Origin: Massalongia carnosa
Lineage: Eukaryota
DNA: 64,000 nt
NCBI GenBank assembly: GCA_965645245.1
Contig: OZ287085.1
Span: 1,674,001 to 1,738,000 of the forward strand
Direction of reading: 5' to 3'
A model generated the notes under the pieces. That model saw only the letters and a list, made by a program, of their open reading frames with translations, did not search any database and was not told where the DNA came from. This document shows positions 12,378 to 25,913 of the stretch, in pieces (position 1 is the stretch's first letter; every line of letters begins with the position of its first letter). A program made the position numbers and the translations under genes.

Positions 12378-13424
12378 TGGGGTTTCCCTCATGATAGGCT
12401 TTGACGATCTTCCGAAGGTTTTTGATCGCTGCCGCCGGTTCCCACATACTTTCATCCTCTGGATAGCCCTTCCAGGAGACAAGATAGTAGAGGCCTGGTA
12501 GGTGGCCAGCTTCTGACTCCTTGGCGTAGACCGCGCTATCCAAAATGCCTTCAACCTCGTACTCCTCATCGTTACCAGCTTTGAATTCCAGCTGCTCCAC
12601 GATCTTCTCGTCCACCCGCCCCTTCCTTGTGGTGTCCTGCTCCAGCAGTGATACATGAAAGACAATATGGATGCGCCACCGTTTTGGAAGCTCCAGCTTG
12701 TAAGCTTGCTTGCTCACTGGTTGCAAGACACGGAATGGCCCAAAGAACTTAGCCTCTAGCTTGCGATTACGTTCGGTCTTAATATACTTGCTTTTCAACC
12801 AAACTTTATCGCCAGGTGCATAGCTCCGTGGCTTGGTTCCTTTGTTGTGGGCCTTTGTCTAACCTATATGCTTAATTGCTAAATTGAATTGGGGGCCCCA
12901 TTCAATAAAACTGTTAGTGATTAGATTTACTTAAGCGGCGTACTTGTCATCTGGGGGGGCCCCATTCAATTAATTTCTACCCCCCCAATTCATTTACAAG
13001 AAGAGTCCGGATTTCTTTCAGAAACTTGGAATAGATAGCCTGCCCTCGAAATTGTAACATATGTTTTAAGGGAAAAATTCCGATCATTCCTTAATTTTAG
13101 AAAAATCGCGGCGTAAAGGGTGTTTGAGGAGGTTTTGAGCGGCAGAAGTACAGGAACATCAAAACTCGGCGCCGCTCAACATCAGCAGATGATGAGTACC
13201 GTGAAACATAGTGTATATATGAATTGTACAGTTTCACTCGGCGATTCCGAACATGCAAGAATTGACGTTGTCGCTTTAAAATGAAGTTGTCAATTCCATA
13301 AAACAATTCCACTCCATTCAACATGAGATCCCGCTTGCGCCGACTTTGCGAATAAGCGAGAGCCCATATCCCGAACTACACATAATGAAAAATCCCACCC
13401 CCGAATTGACTATCATCATCATCA

Positions 13425-13630
13425 TGAGCGCATTACCCATTGAGCATTTGAGCGAGTGGCGAATGACCGTGTGTCGCAAATGTCAACAAGCAATTTGGCC
13501 CGCTCAAGTGCAATCCCATTTTCAAGGCCCGCAAGCATCACATGAAAGGCAAGGAAGCCGCACAAATTGCGGAAACGGCGCAATCATGGCCCAATTTGAT
13601 CCAGCACCCCATAGAGTTAAACATTATCAA
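13425..13630 (+). pseudogene. N-terminus of the recombinase-helicase gene (DUF3505-like Zn-binding domain)
   Basis: MSALPIEHLSEWRMTVCRKCQQAIWPAQVQSHFQGP: a CxxC..H pattern I recognise from the N-termini of fungal telomere-linked/RecQ-like helicase genes. Cut by a LINE. Confidence 0.65.
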
Positions 13631-16600
13631 TCAAGTAAACCCCAGCTCTACCAACAGGAGCATGACACAAGCAGCTTCTAAGCAGGGAAAGACGAAACCC
13701 TCCTCGAAGGCTGTGGAGGTCTTGAGCGATAAGGAGAACGACGATAGTTCTTCAATGACCACCAGATCGGCAACCCGTCGCTTGCAGCCCAATACTCAGA
13801 CAGAAGAGGAACTATGAGTGAATACACCCACTATCTGTCCATACTTCAGTACAACTGCAACAAACCCAAGAACACTGTCATGGCGGACTTCCTTCGCAGG
13901 GAGGAAACCATGAAATACGGCATTCTGGCCATCCAGGAACCCTGGGCGGGGAACCCCTATCAACACACCACGCACAATCCGGTCAAAACCGTTTTTCACC
14001 TTCTCTATCCCCCCGAAACAGGAGAACAAGAGCTCCCTCCGAGAGTATGCATGTTCGTCAACAAAGACATAGCAGGCGCCTCTTGGAAGGTTACCTTCCA
14101 CTCTCCCGATCTGATGACTTTGCACTTGGAATTTCCTGGCGAAACCCAGCGAGTCATCAATATCCATAACATCTACAATCCTTCCCCCTCTCAGGGAAAC
14201 TACAGCACCTTGCCAGACCTAAGCAAGGTGCTAGAGGTGGAGGGAGAACACATAGTGGTAGGGGATTTCAATCTTCACCATCCCATATGGACTGGCGAAG
14301 ACTACCATCATCAACATCCGGAGGCAGACCAACTACTGGAGATTCTCGATCAAAGCGAGCTAGAACTTCTGCTCCCGCCTGGCACAATAACATACGATCA
14401 TAGATCAGCACAGAGCACGATAGACTTAACGTTCGCAGCCCCCGCAGTGGCTTCAGCCGTACTCATGTGCGATGTGAGAAGAGAGTTGGATAGTGACTCA
14501 GATCACTACCCCATTGGCACAGCATTCGATATCACCACAGTTAAGATTGCCATAAGGTCCTCTTGCATGTGGTCTAAGACTGATAGGAAAAGGCTGCTAG
14601 ACACGATGACAGATAAGCTCCCCGCACCTAGGATCGTGAGCACAGTTCAAGAACTCGACAACTTGGCCCATGAGTTAGTTGAAGCTATCCAGCACGCAGT
14701 GGAGACAGCAGTCCCACTTTCTAGAGGGTGCAATCATTCAAAACCTGGCTTTACCCCGGAATGCAAAGAGGCAGTCACCCTATGCAGACGTCTCAGGCGC
14801 AAGCATAAGGAAACGCGCTCTCTGGAAGACTGGGAAGGCTACCGAGAGGCGAGAAACAGCAAAAACAAAATCGTACAAAAAGCTCTCAAGACAACACATA
14901 GGGACAAGGTAGAGGAGGCCACCAGCACTCCAGATGGTCTCTGAAAGCTTGCGAAATGGGCTAAGAACAGGTCGACCGCATTCCAAGCCTTCACCCCAAC
15001 CCTAATGAAAAGCGATGGCTCCAAAGTGACGGAGGCCTCGGGCAAGGCTGAACTGCTTCGCAGACAGTTTTTTCCTATCCCGGACGCGACCAATCTTGAA
15101 GACATCGCCGATTATCACTATCCAGAGCCAATCCAATTAGCTCCCATCTCAGCTCGGGAAAAAACTAAAGCCATCACAAAGGCAGCACCACTCGCGGGCC
15201 CAGGCCCCGACGGACTGCCTAATAGAATCTTCAGACATGTGTTACCGCTAATCATACCCAGACTTGTAGCTCTGTATAACGCCAGCGGGGAACTGGGTCA
15301 TCACCCCAATGCTTTCAGAGAATCCACCACGGTGGTTCTCAGAAAACCAGCTAAGGCCGACTACAGTTTGCCGAATTCATATAGACCAATATCCTTGCTC
15401 AACACTTTAGGTAAGACTATGGAGAAGATCATTGCAACCAGAATCAATCATGCGGTGGAGACCGAGAGCCTACTCCCCAGACTCCATATAGACGGCAGGC
15501 GAGCTAGATCACCCGAACACACCCTCCATCTGCTCCTAGAGGCCATCCACGCAGCCTGGCTTAACAACGAAGTGGCCACAGTGGTCATGCTGGACATCTC
15601 GGGTGCTTACCATAACGTATCCCACGAAAGACTACTGCACAACCTACGGAAGAGAAGAATAGGCGGCAACATAGCTAAATGGATCGAAAGCTTCCTTCAG
15701 GAAAGGAAAACCACCATCGCCATGCCCGACTACACTCGCAACCATTTACCACGAACTTTGGAATCCCTCAGGGATCCCCTATATCTCCTATTCTTTATCT
15801 CTTCTACAACGCCGACCTTAGGAAGAGGAAGGGCCCAAAAAGATGAACTTGGGCTATGTCGATGACATATCCAAACTAGTTGTTGGAACTTCAGCAGAAC
15901 AGAACTGTAGAAATCTCGAAGCCTCGTTCATGAAGAGGGAGCATAAATGGGCGGACACACACGCCTCCAAATCTGCCACCGCCAAATTCCAGCTCTTGCA
16001 CTTTATCAAAGGACCCTCAGAGACGGATTTGAACCCCCCGGAGAGAGCTATCTCCCTAGCGGGCAAAACCATCAAGCCACAGCCTACCGCCGTCTACCTG
16101 GGCGCCACATTCGACGACAAGCTCAAATGGCACGCCCATTTAAGGAAACTGGAAGCCAATACCTCAAAGAGACTGGGGGCCCTAGGCATCCTTGCGGGAT
16201 ACACATGGGGTACCAATCTTGCGAGCCTTCGAAGGATCTATCAAGCCACCATACTACCGCAACTCACCTTTGGATGCTCTGCATGGTATGTTCCCGAGGG
16301 TGGATACGGGACTATCACGCAAGCAACCGCCGTGCTCAAAGCCGTCAGATCTATTCAGCGACGGGCGGCACTGATCATTTCAGGAGCATTTAGAACAGCC
16401 TCGGGCCCGGCCTTGGATATGGAGCTTCACCTCCTACCTGGCCGGCAACGCATGGAGCAGGCAGTGAACGAGTCACTACTGCGCATAGGTTCAAGCCCCC
16501 TTTACGCCATAATACGTGAGATCCGCGCCTGGACAAGCCAAGCGGACTCCCACTATCGATACTGGAGCCCTCTAGCTAAGCTAGAGTCCCGCTTAATGAC

Positions 16601-17565
16601 TTCGGGGAAATGCCCTCAACCTTGGCGGTTAGAGGTCATTCTTCCATTCATAGTGGAACCATGGTAGTCTCCCCCTGAAACGCACTTTGCATCCAGTAAA
16701 GAGGAAGCAATCAAAGAGCATGACAAGATGACATCAGAGCCGAACCAAATAGTCATATACACGGATGGGAGTGATAACCCCTTCGGAGTTGGTGCGGCAG
16801 CGGTCATCCCCAGCGACAACACACGGGTAGGAACCCGCCTCGGAACGAACAAAGAAGCCACAGTTTACCTCGCGGAACAAGTGGGCATCGACCAGGGACT
16901 GGCGGCGGCTAATGCACGATGGCAAGGGGATATAATAACGGTTTTTGCAGATAATTAATCAGCCATTAAATCAGTAGCCGACCCCGGAACTCAATCAGGT
17001 CAGTTCATACTAGGCGAGATCATTGGAAAACTCCACCTATGTCGGGAGATGTAGGCCAGAGTCAGACTCTGCTGGATACCTGGGCACATGGGAGTAGAAG
17101 GCAATGAGATAGCAGACCAAGCAGCAAAAGAAGCATCAGGCTGGTTAGAACCTGGCCATAGTCCCTCCTTCACCCACTTCGACTTCCTCGGACACACAGT
17201 GAAGTGGGCGATTAAACTCAACATGAGGACAATGACCAGCAAAGAACGGGCTGGGGATTGGGAGGCAGAAAAACGCGGACAGATGACGAAAAAGCTCCTC
17301 CCCCAGCCCACTAACAAGGTCTTGCAGCTCTACCAGGGGCTTCACAAGTCAATGAGTTCCACCCTGGTGTATATGAGAACAGGTAAGATTGGTCTCCGCA
17401 AGTATCTCTCAGGTATAGGCCGCACCGAAACGGGCGAATGTCCATGCGGCTTCGGTTATCAAACAGTTCACCATGTGCTTCTGGAGTGCGTCAGGCACCA
17501 TCGATTGCGCATGGAGACTATCTGGAAAGGCCGGAAGGTGTTCGATCTCCAAGAAATTTTTAATG
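13631..17565 (+). mobile_element. Tad1-like LINE, truncated at both ends, with RNase H
   Basis: ORF1 tail, then ORF2 from 13814: APE endonuclease (GDFNLHH, SDH), RT (YRPISLLN, YVDD), RNase H (YTDGS, WIPGH..GNE.AD) and CPCG..H..C knuckle. Stops and frameshifts present; ends approximate. Confidence 0.93.
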
Positions 17566-18892
17566 GTAGTTGTTCAATCGAACATGGAATCATGAGGAGG
17601 TGAAACGACGACTCGTTCAGCCCAAAGCCGAAATGCAATAGAATCGTAAGGGAATCGAGACGTACATGGCGCAGGTGATGGAATTTCGCGAGAAATTATT
17701 GGTGTTAATGCACATGGGCGGCGGACAGCCCGGACGAGGCCCCGAAATATTGAGTTGTCGACACAGCAACACGGCGCGAGGAGAGCAGCGCAGCATATTC
17801 GTGGAGCAGGGATTGATGGTGTACGTGACCCGATATCATATAGGATACGTGAGAAAAGGAGATGTCAAGGTGATTCATCGATATTTGCCCCGCGAGATCA
17901 GGGAGTTGTTGATGTATTACATATGGTTGGTATTGCCGTTTCAGCAAAATTGGAAGTCACGATTTGGGAGAAAGATCAGATGTCAGCGTTCATGTGGCCG
18001 TCCGACCCGGATGGCAAACGGTGGACGTCGCAGCGACTGCGGACGGTGTTGCAGCGCGAGAGTCGAATCGGCATGGTAGTGTCATTGGGAATTCAGTCAT
18101 ATCGGGAGATTGCCATGGGCATCAGTCGAAAGTACATGCGAGAGGCTTTGTCATTTCATGCCGACACGGAAAACGAGGAGACGGCAGACGATGGGTTCAA
18201 CGATATTGTGGACGTGCAGGCGGGGCATGGATCGCACGTGGCGGGCATGATATATGCACGATGTGGCCAGCAAGCGTCAGCGGTTTCGTCAAAGCAGTCA
18301 GGAATGGCATCGGTTTTAAGGATTTGCATCAGTCATGACAACGCACGAGTTGTCCAAACAGGAAACCAAACGCCGGTCGATATGGTGAAGAAGGGTAGTC
18401 GTGCGTGCTAATGGAAGGTAGTAGGACGTGATGATAGATGGCGAACTGAGCAGTGAACACAAAAACACAAACGTCTGAATGGACCTACGACTGCATAGAC
18501 ATGAAAAGATCTCGACGACTGAACGACTGAACGACTAATTGATACACGAAATGAACGTGTGTCGATGACTATGTGACACGACGATGATGATGACAGCGTA
18601 GGTGATAGAAGATGATGTCCGGAGATGATGAAGAAAACGCCAGCTAAAAACCCGTTTTATCCCCACACAGGCCTGCCATGTCACCTGACCATAGATGACA
18701 CATGTCGCCCCACCACAATGGGAAGGAGAGAATCAAGAGATTCGGATGCATCGATGGAAACGATTGCGTGGAGTGGACATTCAACAGCAGTTGGAGCGAT
18801 TGATTGGCGCCGGCAGTCAGTTCCGCGGGGTGCAACGGGTCACGATCGAGGCGATCATGGCCGGCGAAAGCCCGGTGATCACGGTGATGCCC
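17566..18892 (+). pseudogene. Tyrosine-recombinase-like domain and start of the helicase, copy 1
   Basis: GGGQPGRGPEIL..TRYH..LGIQSYREIA..QAGHGSHVAGMIYAR, then FRGVQ..GESPVITVMP. Split by solo LTR 18386-18717 and cut at 18892. Confidence 0.7.
18386..18717. mobile_element. Solo LTR-like insert with 4-bp TSD
   Basis: TGAAG..CCACA with TSD ATGG. Absent at the matching site of gene copy 2 (~39295). A second copy lies inverted at 36085-36419. Confidence 0.85.
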
Positions 18893-20305
18893 CATCGGGA
18901 AATCGGGAGGACCCGCGAATTGGTCAAATGGTCGACTAATAGGCTAGATTAGTCAATTAGCCGAAATGTTCTCGGTACTGCCGATTGCGCCCACGTTTGA
19001 CATGGGCGATCGACGAATAGTCGAACATTTGAAATATGTTAGGATTTTGGTGTAGGGAATATCTAGGAAAATTAAGATTTTGGAGTTTGAATGGTGGGGT
19101 CATGTTGGTGGCATGTGTTTTCATAAGCGAAATTGCAAATCATTTTGCATACGCTAATAGCAAGCATGTTTTGCTAATGCAGGGGATCTGTTTACGTTTT
19201 ATCTGATTTCTGACGGTCGCGGAAAGTGAAAACTCCTCAAGCTTTCAATATGGATCGAGATTGCGGCTATTGCGGCAAAAGGACAAAATCTTCCAGAGGA
19301 CTCGAGCAGCATATCAAACATTGTTCTGTGCGTTTCGGTACTAAATTACGGATCAGGCTACGCGAGGAAAATAGAGTTATCAAGGAGGATTTACCCCTAA
19401 GTCTCCCATTTTCTTCTATCGTTTGCGAGGGCGAGCATGTCCTTGCCGAGTCAAGAAGTATGCATGATAAAAATGTTGGGAGTAGTGCTGACGCTGGCGA
19501 ACATGAGTTTCAGGATACGTCCCTAATCGTTGGATTCAATGATAATTTCGTTAAGTCTTTCCCGTATGGCTTCGGTATACTTTCCACGTCTTCGTCGATA
19601 CGAATAGAAACTCCATCGGGAAATCGGGATGACTAATAGATCATGATGATTAAATATTCGACTTTTTGGTTTCTTTAGTCTTTATTCGTCAACCTTTAGT
19701 CAGTTGCCTTTATCTATTGTACGTCTTGTCGTCATATTAGTCAGTGCAACCTGCGACTCAACAAATAATCGTCGCTCTGTCTTTACTTCCTGTCTCGATA
19801 AGCTTTATTATTCTCTGTACCTTGACCTTTTATAATATTATCCACTCTATCCTATCTTTACGTCCTCTTTATCGTCGCAGAGTAATTTTGGTTGTTTAGC
19901 TGCGCTCTTTACATGTCGCATCGTCATACATTGACTTCGTTGCAGCTTTGGTATCTTGCGTATAACATATCTTTATAATACGCAACCCACCTTGCATGTC
20001 TTATCGAAGATAATTTTACGCACATCCAGTTCTCGAAGATCAACAGTATTCTACATCATTACGTGGTTGTGATTCTCATTATTCTTTGAATTGATAATTA
20101 TCTGTTACTTGATGACGAGAAAGCCTGCTTAATGCCTACAGAGCCCAAATCTTAGAAGACCAACTACTACCGCGACGACATATTAAGCTCAACTGTTCTG
20201 GAACAACAGTCCCTCTTAGACGGAAGCCCTTCCTTATCCTACCAAAAAGCGCATGCGTTTAGGAAACCAATTCTCTTTAATCCTAACATAACACAACAGG
20301 TTACG

Positions 20306-20475
20306 TGTGACGAAGCGAGATAGTGAATATATTTCTACCATTGCGCCACCTGTCCTCCCGACCAAAAGGCAAAACGCTTAGTCCACAGACCAAGCTCTAT
20401 TCTACTATAACTAGGACTCCTGCCATGTTCGCTTTAGGTCCTGCTGTCGAGACCACGCATTGTCGAACCGTTACA
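20306..20475 (-). mobile_element. Solo LTR (same family as the LTRs at 51902 and 57999)
   Basis: TG..CA with TSD TTACG. The same insertion is present in X1 at 35331-35500. Confidence 0.9.
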
Positions 20476-20899
20476 TTACGTTATAATCCCAAACATAAAC
20501 TAAACACCCAATCTATCAAGTCTAAAGTATTCAAGAGCACATGAAGGTCTAGATATATGGGACGTGCGATGGGGGGGCGCTCTGGGTCGTAATACAAATT
20601 CTCGGTCGCAATACGAATAGACTCGGTTGGTTATATTAACCTGAAAAATAGAGTGAGAGGTGGTCGTTATTTGAGGTTTTCATGTTTTGATGTTCCCGAA
20701 AACCGCGCTAAATCCGTCCGTCTAACAAACTTGCAAAAAACCTCGATTCGGTTTAACGTTGACTCGATGAGGTTTAGTGTCGATTATGTCAACATTATAA
20801 TTTTTTTGTTAACGCGATGCTACTTCATCATTTACTTAATCATCTGCTTCATCTATTTCATAATTTATTTCAATCATTATTAATTACTGGCTATTCAAT

Positions 20900-22280
20900 G
20901 ATGTTAGTGGTAGATACAAGGTGGTCTGGCAGGTAGACAAAAGGTGGTCTGGGTGAGGGACAAAAGGAGGTCTGGGTAATAGACAAAAGACAGTCTGGCA
21001 GGTAGACAAAAGGTAGTCTGGGTGATAGATAAAAGGTGGTCTGGGTGGCTGAGTGATGGACAAAAGTTGGTCGGGCAGGTGGTCTGGCAGGTGGTCTGGA
21101 GGATGATCAAAAGGTGATGTAAGTGATAGACAAAAGTTGGTCTGGCTGGTGGACAAAAGGTGATATTAGCGGTAGATAAAAGGTGATCTGGCAGGTAGGA
21201 AAAAGGTGGTCTGGGTGATAGACAAAAGGTGGTCTGGCAGGTGATCTGGATTATAATCAAAAGTTGATATGAGGCATGGACAAAAGGTGGTCTGGCAGGT
21301 GGACAAAAGGTAGTCTGGCAGGTGGTCTGGCAGGTGGTCTGGCAGGTGATCTGGCAGGTGGTCTGGATTATGATCAAAAGTTGATATGAGAGATGGATAA
21401 AAGGTGGTCTGACAGGTGGACAAAAGATGGTCTGGCAGGTGGACAAAAGGTGGTCTGGCAGGTGGACAAAAGGTAGCCTGGCAGGTGGTCTGGTAGGTGG
21501 TCTGGACGATGATCAAAAGGTGATATGAGGGGTAGACAAAAGGTGCTCTGGCAGGTGGACAAAATGTGGCCTGACAGGTGGACAAAAGGTGGTTTAGATG
21601 ATGGACAGAAGGTTGTCAAAAGGTGGTCAAAAGGTGGTCAAAAGGTGGTCTAGACGATGGACAAAAGGTGATCTAGGTGATGAACAAAAGTTGGCCTGAC
21701 AGGTGAAAAAAAGGTTATTAGTGGTGGACCAAAGATGGTCTGGGTTATGATTAGAAGTTGGTCAAGACGATGAACAAAAGATGATATGGACGATGGACAA
21801 AGGATGATATAGACGATGGACAAAAGATAATCTGACAGGTGGGCAAAAGATGATCTGACAGGTGGACAAAAGATGATATGGGAGGTGGAAAAAAGGGGAT
21901 CGGAATAGTGATCAAAAGGTAGTCTGAGTGAAGGTAAAAAGGTGGTCTTGCAGGTGGACAAAATTAGATATGAACGTTGGTCAATAGATGATATGAGTGA
22001 TGGACAAAAGATGATATGAATAGTGGTCAAAGAGGGTCTGAATGATGGACAAAAGGTGATCTTGGTGATGATTAAAAGGTGGTCTGGATGATGATCTGTC
22101 AGTTGATCTGGACGATGGACAGAAGATAGTTTGGAGGGTAGACAAAAAGTAATACGGGTGACAATCAAAGTGTGATCAGGGTAGTGGTCAAAAGGTGGTC
22201 AGGACGGTAATCAAGAGATGGTTTGGATGATTGACAAAAGGTGGTCTAGATGGTAGATAAACGGTGTTCTGGGTAGCAGA
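20900..22280. repeat. Degenerate minisatellite (GGACAAAAGGTGGTCTGGCAGGT and GGTGGTCTGGCA units)
   Basis: Directly visible. A shorter inverted counterpart lies at ~34910-35100. Confidence 0.9.
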
Positions 22281-22676
22281 CAAAAAAAATGTCGAGGTGG
22301 AATTTTCAGGGAAAAAAGGGAGGTTATTTGAAAAGTGGCAGAGACTATTTGAAGGCTATTTAGGAGCTAGATGTGGGGCCTTATTACAATCAGCGGAGGC
22401 TATCTGGGAGACTATTTGAAAGATGCTTTGACAGATACTTTGGCGGGTGTCAAGGAGGAGATGGCGCAGGGCCGTTGCGGAGTGAAGCGGAGCAGGTCCG
22501 GAGCAGAAATCCGAGATATTTTGAGATTCGCATGAAAAATTAGCAAGCCAAATAGCAAGCCAAATAGCAAGCCAAATAGTAAGAAAATGAAAAGTAGTAG
22601 CAAATTAATCTCAGGTCTGAGATGGCACAGTCTCGTACCTGGTAACTATTGTTACAGGTGAACGGATATCATTGTA

Positions 22677-22973
22677 CTATCCCCCCCCCTGAACAATCTT
22701 GAAAACATGGGATTTTGCAAGGGCGGTACGGGAGTATGTGCTAGGGTGAAAACGGGCGTGGATACAGGCTTGTCGCCAATCAGACAGTCGAATCTTCTGG
22801 ATATTTGGGGACGGAGGTAAAATCACTAAGGGATTCGCTGTAGGGCTGTACAGTAAAAAATATTTACATGTCCTGATTGGCTCGAAGCCCTGGTTTTCTA
22901 CCCATGTGCTGTCAAGTCATTACTCCCGTCCTCCCTTGCAAAAAACCCATAAGATTGTTCAGGGGGGGGATAG
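22677..22973. mobile_element. MITE, Tc1/mariner-like
   Basis: TIR CTATCCCCCCCC(C)TGAACAATCTT extending imperfectly to ~60 bp, TA on both sides, non-coding. Confidence 0.85.
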
Positions 22974-23295
22974 TAAGTATGAGGGGTTTTGAAATACTGA
23001 ACCTTTTACAGAGATGATCTACGGTAAGCTAACATTAACTAACCCTAATCTAACAGCTAACAAGATTTGCTTGATCTAACAGGGTTTTCTTGATCTAACA
23101 GGGGCTGTTTTAATCTAACAGGAACCGTTAGTATATCATAACAAGCTAAATTTGGGATCATTTTACTTTTCGCGTCGATCTCTTCTACTTTGCTCGTGTC
23201 CCAAATCCATAGGTATTGCATATTCCTTGTTGCTTCTTTTATTTCACTATGTCAACATCAAAGCAACCACTATCAAAAACCCACAAAGAATCACA

Positions 23296-25913
23296 ATGGT
23301 ACTAACCTCCCAGGATGTATAGAAACCAACACTTATCGGCTGACTTTGCTTTTCCTTCGAGAATTCTCAGGATTTTGATGATTCGCCTCCCGAAGAAGAC
23401 TTGCATACATTGACACAACTAAAACGCTCTAGTACACAATTTGATGGAAATAACACTTACGGAGACAACAAACGCTCACATCGCCTGTCTTCTGTGGACG
23501 AGTTGGCTGAATCTAGTACTGGCAACGACTCAAGCAATGCGAGTTTCCAGCCAAGTGTAAATAGTACAGTCATGAATGCATGTATCGGGTTCTGACTTAG
23601 AACAGAAAACGCCGATAACTAAGCATATGGCGAGGAAATTACGGGCCGGCGCAGGCCGCGGTATTCAATACAGATCAAGTTCTCCATGTCGATGGAGCTC
23701 CTTACGAAGGGAAACGTTCCCCTCGTCTCCACCTAGAAACCCTTCCCGCGCGCTGGATAATATCTTGTCGCCTTCACAAATACGCACTCGTCGGGGTTTG
23801 CCTGCGACACTCTCTTCGCAAACTCTCGAGATCTCAAAGGTCCTCCCGATCAAGTCTACTTCCGGCGCAAGGGCTGGCATAACGGAGGACGAGACAGTCT
23901 CCGAAATCCAAAAAAAAAGATGCTTATCGTTTACTCTAGGGTGACATATTAAGGCGAACCAAGTTCAACTCTAGCCCTGCTCATCACTAATACTAAGTGC
24001 CATGATTCCTTTTTTCAACACTCTGATAACGTCCGGACATGCGGTTGAATTATGTTCGCCTTGGGCGAACACACAGAAGCCTCGATTGAGCAAATTAATG
24101 AGTCGTAATTGGCAGGACCTTGTGAAGCGTCTCGGTAACCTTACTGGCAACCGGAACGTCGACGTAGCAGAGCTTCCCACCGCCAAAGAGGCTCTCAGGG
24201 TAGGTGAGGTCTTGCTTACAACGGATTTTTACATATAAAAACTAATCTGAGATAAGATTTATGATTCGACAACGGATTTTCGCTCTCAAATGTTGAGCAA
24301 AGTGAGATTGCTTGTGGCTAACGAATACCCGTTCTCAGTTCTGTCACGATTCTACACGGCACGACCTCGGCACTCGGCACCGCCTAGGGCAATCGTAGAT
24401 GGAACACGCAGGCGCTTTCGATTTCGTTCCCGCAGCTGCTAGAAGGTTCCATGACGACTATACCACATGGGTACTAGCGCAGTAGAGGATATATAGGGCA
24501 GGTTCTGGTTGTCGATTGTCTTTTTCCTTCTTCATCTTTATTGTATTCGTTTCTAGCATCCCTATGACTTGTCTCTATGTAGATCATAACAAGTTCAGAG
24601 CGACTGTCGAATATTCGCGTCCACTTTACTAGACGATCTTCATTTTCTGTACGAAGATTTATCAAAGGTTAATATTTCCTAGTTATCTTGATATAAAGTT
24701 TAACTAACTCGCGAGTAGGCTCCGAAAAAGCAGTTACTCGCGCCTATCTCGATAAAGGCAGTTACTCTGATATTCTTCAATAACGACAATGACTACAGTT
24801 ATGGACGCAATACCGATACTGCGCATTTGTTCAATCAACTTCGAGGAGAAGTGATCATATTGATAGCAACTCTGATTCAATATGCTATTGGAGAGTACGA
24901 ATACGGGCAATAAAAGGTACAGGCTTTTGATGGGTCACAGCGAGAGAGTAAGTTTGTATCAATATAATCTTTGCTGAGTTGAGGCATTAATACTGAAAAG
25001 CAATCCATACTCGAACGACGAACACCAGGAATCAACAGTCCTCGGAGAGAAAGATGTTGGTACAAAGAATCATTCATCGGCGGGTTTTGCGTCAGACTGG
25101 AGAAAGAGATGGGGACTTTTCGGCGGTCACAAAAGCTGTCCACAATCCATTTGCCACTTCTATTGACGATCTTGTAGATCTTGATGCGGGAGATGAAATG
25201 ACAAAGTCGGTCAGGTCGACAGCGCGGCTTTCTTCCTTGAAATCTTCGTGTAGAACTTCGATCGTTCGTTACAAGGAGGTGCATTCGGGTTTTTCGGTAT
25301 GTCTTGATTGGTATTATGCTTTGGAATTATCAGTAACAACAATAGAAGGAAACCTCTTCACCTAGACCGCCGCAGTTGACGAGCCACGAGGTATGCAATC
25401 TTATTAACCGCGTTCTAACGTGGTATTAACATCTCTCCTAGAGTTCTTCGCAACGTGGACCCTCACAATTAAAGCACAGCGCATCAAGTTTATCCTTCGT
25501 AAGTATTCGCTTTGTTTGTAGAATATCTGTTAGTCTAACAATTGCGTTGGAAACAGATTAACGATAAGATATTGTCAACTCCAACTCCACTCGCGCAAGA
25601 CGCAATCGTGACGACAGATTCGGGTCAGAAAGCTGCGGTAGATTACGATTTACGCATGGGGAAAGACTGGCGGATTCGGATAAGGTATAATGCAACGTGG
25701 TAGGACTAGCAGACTGCTGTGGGAATGAAAGATGGAGAGTCGTTCTGGTATAATCTACCAACAATTCCCGAGGCCGTATTGAACTTTGAGGAGGAATATA
25801 GTTCGTTTGTGGAACAGGTGCATAGAGTAATGATACGAAGAGGAAACTGGGCGCAATCTCAAGCAGATGAAGACTATGCGAGGGAGGAAGACAATATGGG
25901 AGAACTTACATAA
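23296..25913 (+). pseudogene. Decayed multi-exon gene of unknown function inside X2
   Basis: Successive + strand ORF fragments separated by short fungal introns (25297-25345, 25391-25441, 25499-25556, probably 24200-24256). Confidence 0.6.
24342..24797. mobile_element. Probable old solo LTR
   Basis: TGTCACG..CTACA with an internal TATATA. Flanks GTTC/GTTA match imperfectly. Confidence 0.5.

Larger units (their letters stand above)
5875..12860 (-). mobile_element. Gypsy chromovirus family G1, 3' part (integrase end, chromodomain, 3' UTR, 3' LTR 5875-6065), split by a Copia
   Basis: 5875-6567 plus 12383-12860 match the reverse complement of ~49055-50232. ORF 12358-12798 has FFGPF and EYEVEGIL..YLVSWKGY..WEP. 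Confidence 0.92.

Noticed and set aside
17666..18260. Starship captain (DUF3435)
   Set aside because: The recombinase-like domain is internal to a helicase fusion, and no cargo or Starship-type ends are seen.
20884..22168. Repetitive ORFs (PDHL/TTCQ)
   Set aside because: Open in several frames because of the minisatellite; no coding evidence.
23038..23048. TAACCCTAA telomere-like word
   Set aside because: Single unit, so no telomere array; subtelomeric location cannot be claimed.
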